64,000 nucleotides of DNA from the NCBI RefSeq assembly GCF_009914755.1, contig NC_060934.1. One strand, given 5' to 3'. Of the stretch, positions 61,060 through 64,000 are shown in pieces. The translations under genes and the position numbers were made by a program. The notes beneath the pieces were generated by a model that saw only the letters and a program-made list of their open reading frames with translations, was not told where the DNA came from and made no database searches. This stretch comes from the human T2T-CHM13v2.0 reference genome, Homo sapiens. Every line of letters starts with the position of its first letter. Position 1 is the stretch's first letter.

Positions 61060-64000
61060 TATCGGGTGAGCGTTCCCCACCCCACTTCTTGCAACTTTGC
61101 TTGCTCATCTAGGGGTTCCCGGAGGGCCCCCAACACCCCCTAGCAGGGCGCGAGGTAAGTGGAGAGTTTGCCCGGGTGCTGGGTGATGTGCCCAGCAACT
61201 TCTGCTTTTTCCCCTGGGGAAAACTGTGACATTCGAAAGGTGTCTGCAAGTGTTTCTTCTGGTTGGCCTGGAAGTTTCCCGAGTCCCTGGACTGGCGACC
61301 CAAACTCCTACACTTCCTGCCCGGTGCTGGGAAGAAACCCAGATCAGCAGACAAATCAACCACACCCTGAGCCCCAACATCGAGCTCCAACATGTGCCTT
61401 TCCCGCCGAACGAGAAAGCGCGGACCCCTTGCAAGCAGCATATAGCCTCGGCGTGACCCGTGGAGAGGCGGGACCCCAGTGGAGAGAGAAGCACGGAGAA
61501 GCCTGGGAAGGAGCTTGGTAAGAGGGGCACAGTCCAGGCTGCCCCATGCGCGCTGGGGTTGTCGCCGCGCCTCCTGCGCGCCCCAGTGCCCCCAGAATCT
61601 CCAAGAAAGCAATCGTGAGCGCGGATCAGTTTCTGTCTTTCCCAGAAAGCGGGCTTTTTATTGAGGGGAAACTTAGCTGGGAAAAGTCAGCTCGTACGTT
61701 TGTTTTGGTTTTTCGTCTATTTGCTTCCCAATTTAAAAGTGGCCGCCTAGGCGACAGGCCTGCGGTTTTCACAGTGTAAAACGGATCAGAGGGAAAGCTC
61801 CAGCCCCTCTCGACTTTCGCTTGCGGTTTGCAACCCCTAGGGTGGGTCTGACCCCGCGCGGCACTTGCCCAGGCGAGCTTCCCTCGTCGCGGCCCGACCC
61901 GCGCGCGGACTCGGCTTCCCCAGGTCAGGACCCACTAGGTGGGCCGCTCGGCCCCAGGCCTGGCAGGGCGGAGCCTAGGCCGCGCGCCCCGGGGTTGGAG
62001 GTTCCCACGGAGCCGGGAAACTGCGCGCCCCAGGTCCGCAGGCCGCCTCCCTTCCCTCGCGCCCTCGCACCCGCCCTCTGCTCTGCCGCTCCCGGTCCTG
62101 GGTGTGCGGGAGTCCCGGGGGTCCCTCTCCTGGACGCAGAGGAGGAATTTGGAGCAAAAGGAAGGGAATTTACTGCGGATGGCACCGGAACCTGAATTGA
62201 CTTGTGCGTTTCCTGCTCTGGGCACGTAGGTTTCCCCTAGGAATCTGGAGTTCGCTGAGGACACTTAATTCCAAGAGATGATGGGTTCACATAAACATAC
62301 CATTTAGTTAAGAAAAATATTTAAAATAAAGAAAAAAGAAAAACTGAACTTCGATCTTCTTCTCCACGTTCCCTGGTGTCACCAAATAAACAAAGCATTC
62401 GGACGAGAGTGGGCTGCTGGGGGCTCGGGAGGTGCGCGAGACAAGGTTACCCTGCGGGTCCGCCACTGCCCCCGGCCTCCAGCACTGCACTGCCCACGAG
62501 TTTGCGGGGTGTGAGCGCCGAAGGAGAACCCCGGACCGCCCAGTCTCAGCCTAAAAACTTGGATCCAAGAGTCCTACGGTTGTGGATGTGCCAGTCCTCC
62601 GCGACCCTTTCCTGCTGGCCTTCTGCTTTTTATAAACGAAAATAAAAGTTTGATTTAGGCTTAAAGAAATGTCATTCTGGTCGTTCCTCCCTGAAGCGGG
62701 ACTTACTCAACCTCATATACTCGCCCGGAATTTTCAATCTCGCCTGTCGAAATCGCTAGCTGCGCATCCGCGGAAGAAGTCCTGGATGAGAGGTAGGGTG
62801 AAGGGATCAAGCAGATAGCAGCAGGCATCAGCACACTCCGGCCGTTCCGGACGGTCAGGCCCGCCGCTACAGGGAGAAGTGCGGCGGATGGAGCCAGGGC
62901 TGCGGGTTGCGCGCGGGCTGGGAACCCGGTGGTGCCACCTTAAGAGTCGGGTCCGCGCAGCGGCTGCGGAGGCGCCCGGCACCTGCAGGGGGCGCTGCTG
63001 CCCCGTGGTTTCTCCCGCGCCGCCGCGTGCAGCGGGCCTGGCAGCTCCGGGGCCCCGGTCCCCGGAGGGGGTGGGGACGCTGGGGGAGGAAGGGAGCGAA
63101 GTGCAGCCGTTAGGTAACGAACCCGAACCCTCCCGGATTCAGAAGCGGCCTCAGTGAGGCGTTTGCTGGAGGGAGCTTTCCATCATTCGGCCGCGAGAGG
63201 AAACGTGGGGAGGCGCCCTCCCCTGCCCCCACCGCCTGCCTTCCTGCCTCCCTCCACCTCCGCTCCCCGACCCCGACCGTGCTTCCCAGACCCTTTGTTC
63301 TCGAGGTTGGGAACGGCTGGGTGGGGGTTCCCCGGGGAAGAGGTCCCCCGCGCCGCTCGGAGGGGAAGGGACTGTCGCCTGCCCCGCACCCCAGCCCTCC
63401 CCAGTGCCGTCCCCCTTTCCCCCGGCCCCTTCCATCGCGTCCACGCGCTTCCGTTCTCACTCGGACTCCCCCAACTCCCGAGCTCCGGCTCCCCAGCCTG
63501 CACGGTCTGCAAGCCCGCCTCCCTTCCCACTTCCCCGCCACCTCTGAGGTCCCCGGGAAGAGGGGAGGAGAGGGAGACGTGTGGGGGAGGAGAAACCACA
63601 GAGCCTTCTCGGCGCGGAGCATTCCCAGGGACCCTTCCAGGCCCCGACCCCTGGGACCCGCTGCAGAGGCAGGGCTTTCCCGGCGCCGCCGCAGGTCGCT
63701 AGGGCCGCCCCCGCCGCGTCGCCCTGGGGCCCACGGGTGCACGGCCCGGGCAGCAAGGCAAGGTGCGGCCTCTCAGCGCCAGGACCCGAGACCCCCAGCT
63801 GGAGAGAAGGGGACACCGTGGTCCGCGCCCTGGGGAGGCTAATTGCACACGAACGCCCCCCTCTTCCCCGCCCCCCACCGTACCCTCTGCAGCGCCACCC
63901 GCGTCGCCTCTCCGCCGTGCGCCACCCTGAGGGCTCCCGCGATTGCATCTTCTTGAGCACAGTTACCAATGCGTTCAGCTTCGTTTCTTACTCGGATGGA
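61060..64000. promoter_or_regulatory. CpG island, probable promoter region, continuing beyond the window
   Basis: Abrupt rise in GC and CpG content over ~3 kb with no Alus; GC box near 63866, CCAAT 63966-63970, STAT-type TTCCCAGAA 61639-61647. Confidence 0.9.

Noticed and set aside
62734-62982. 82-aa minus-strand ORF (MPGASAAAART...) as a micropeptide of the putative antisense RNA
   Set aside because: It starts at GTG and has no recognisable homology; it would need Ribo-seq or conservation evidence
61105-63969. Long overlapping Pro/Gly/Arg-rich ORFs (up to 210 aa) in the CpG island
   Set aside because: Stop codons are scarce in GC-rich DNA; the ORFs occur in all frames with no recognisable domain
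61060-64000. Naming the gene served by the CpG island
   Set aside because: No recognisable coding exon or known 5' UTR lies in the window, so any name would be a guess

Overview
Primate (very probably human) intergenic DNA. By eye roughly half of positions 1-55,600 is Alu sequence, mixed with LTR (ERV1, MaLR), DNA-transposon (MER6, MER102, Charlie1, MER20), L1 and L2 remnants. I found no intact protein-coding gene: nearly all listed ORFs are Alu translations or GC-rich chance ORFs. Non-TE features that I recognise are a 5'-truncated processed pseudogene of ADAD1 (19332-20806), a Y3 RNA retrocopy (48847-48945), an Alu-poor candidate regulatory block (~55.7-60.5 kb) with a GATA-site cluster, and a large CpG island from ~61.1 kb past the window end, probably the promoter of a gene I cannot name. 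The most unusual structures are an inverted templated insertion between two inverted Alus (32768-34466), repeated re-use of single L1-endonuclease target sites, a near-perfect 56-nt hairpin inside an L2, and splice signals suggesting a spliced minus-strand transcript from the CpG island. I see no evidence of a new multi-gene system. Repeat family names come from memory of consensus sequences, not from a search, and most repeat boundaries are approximate.
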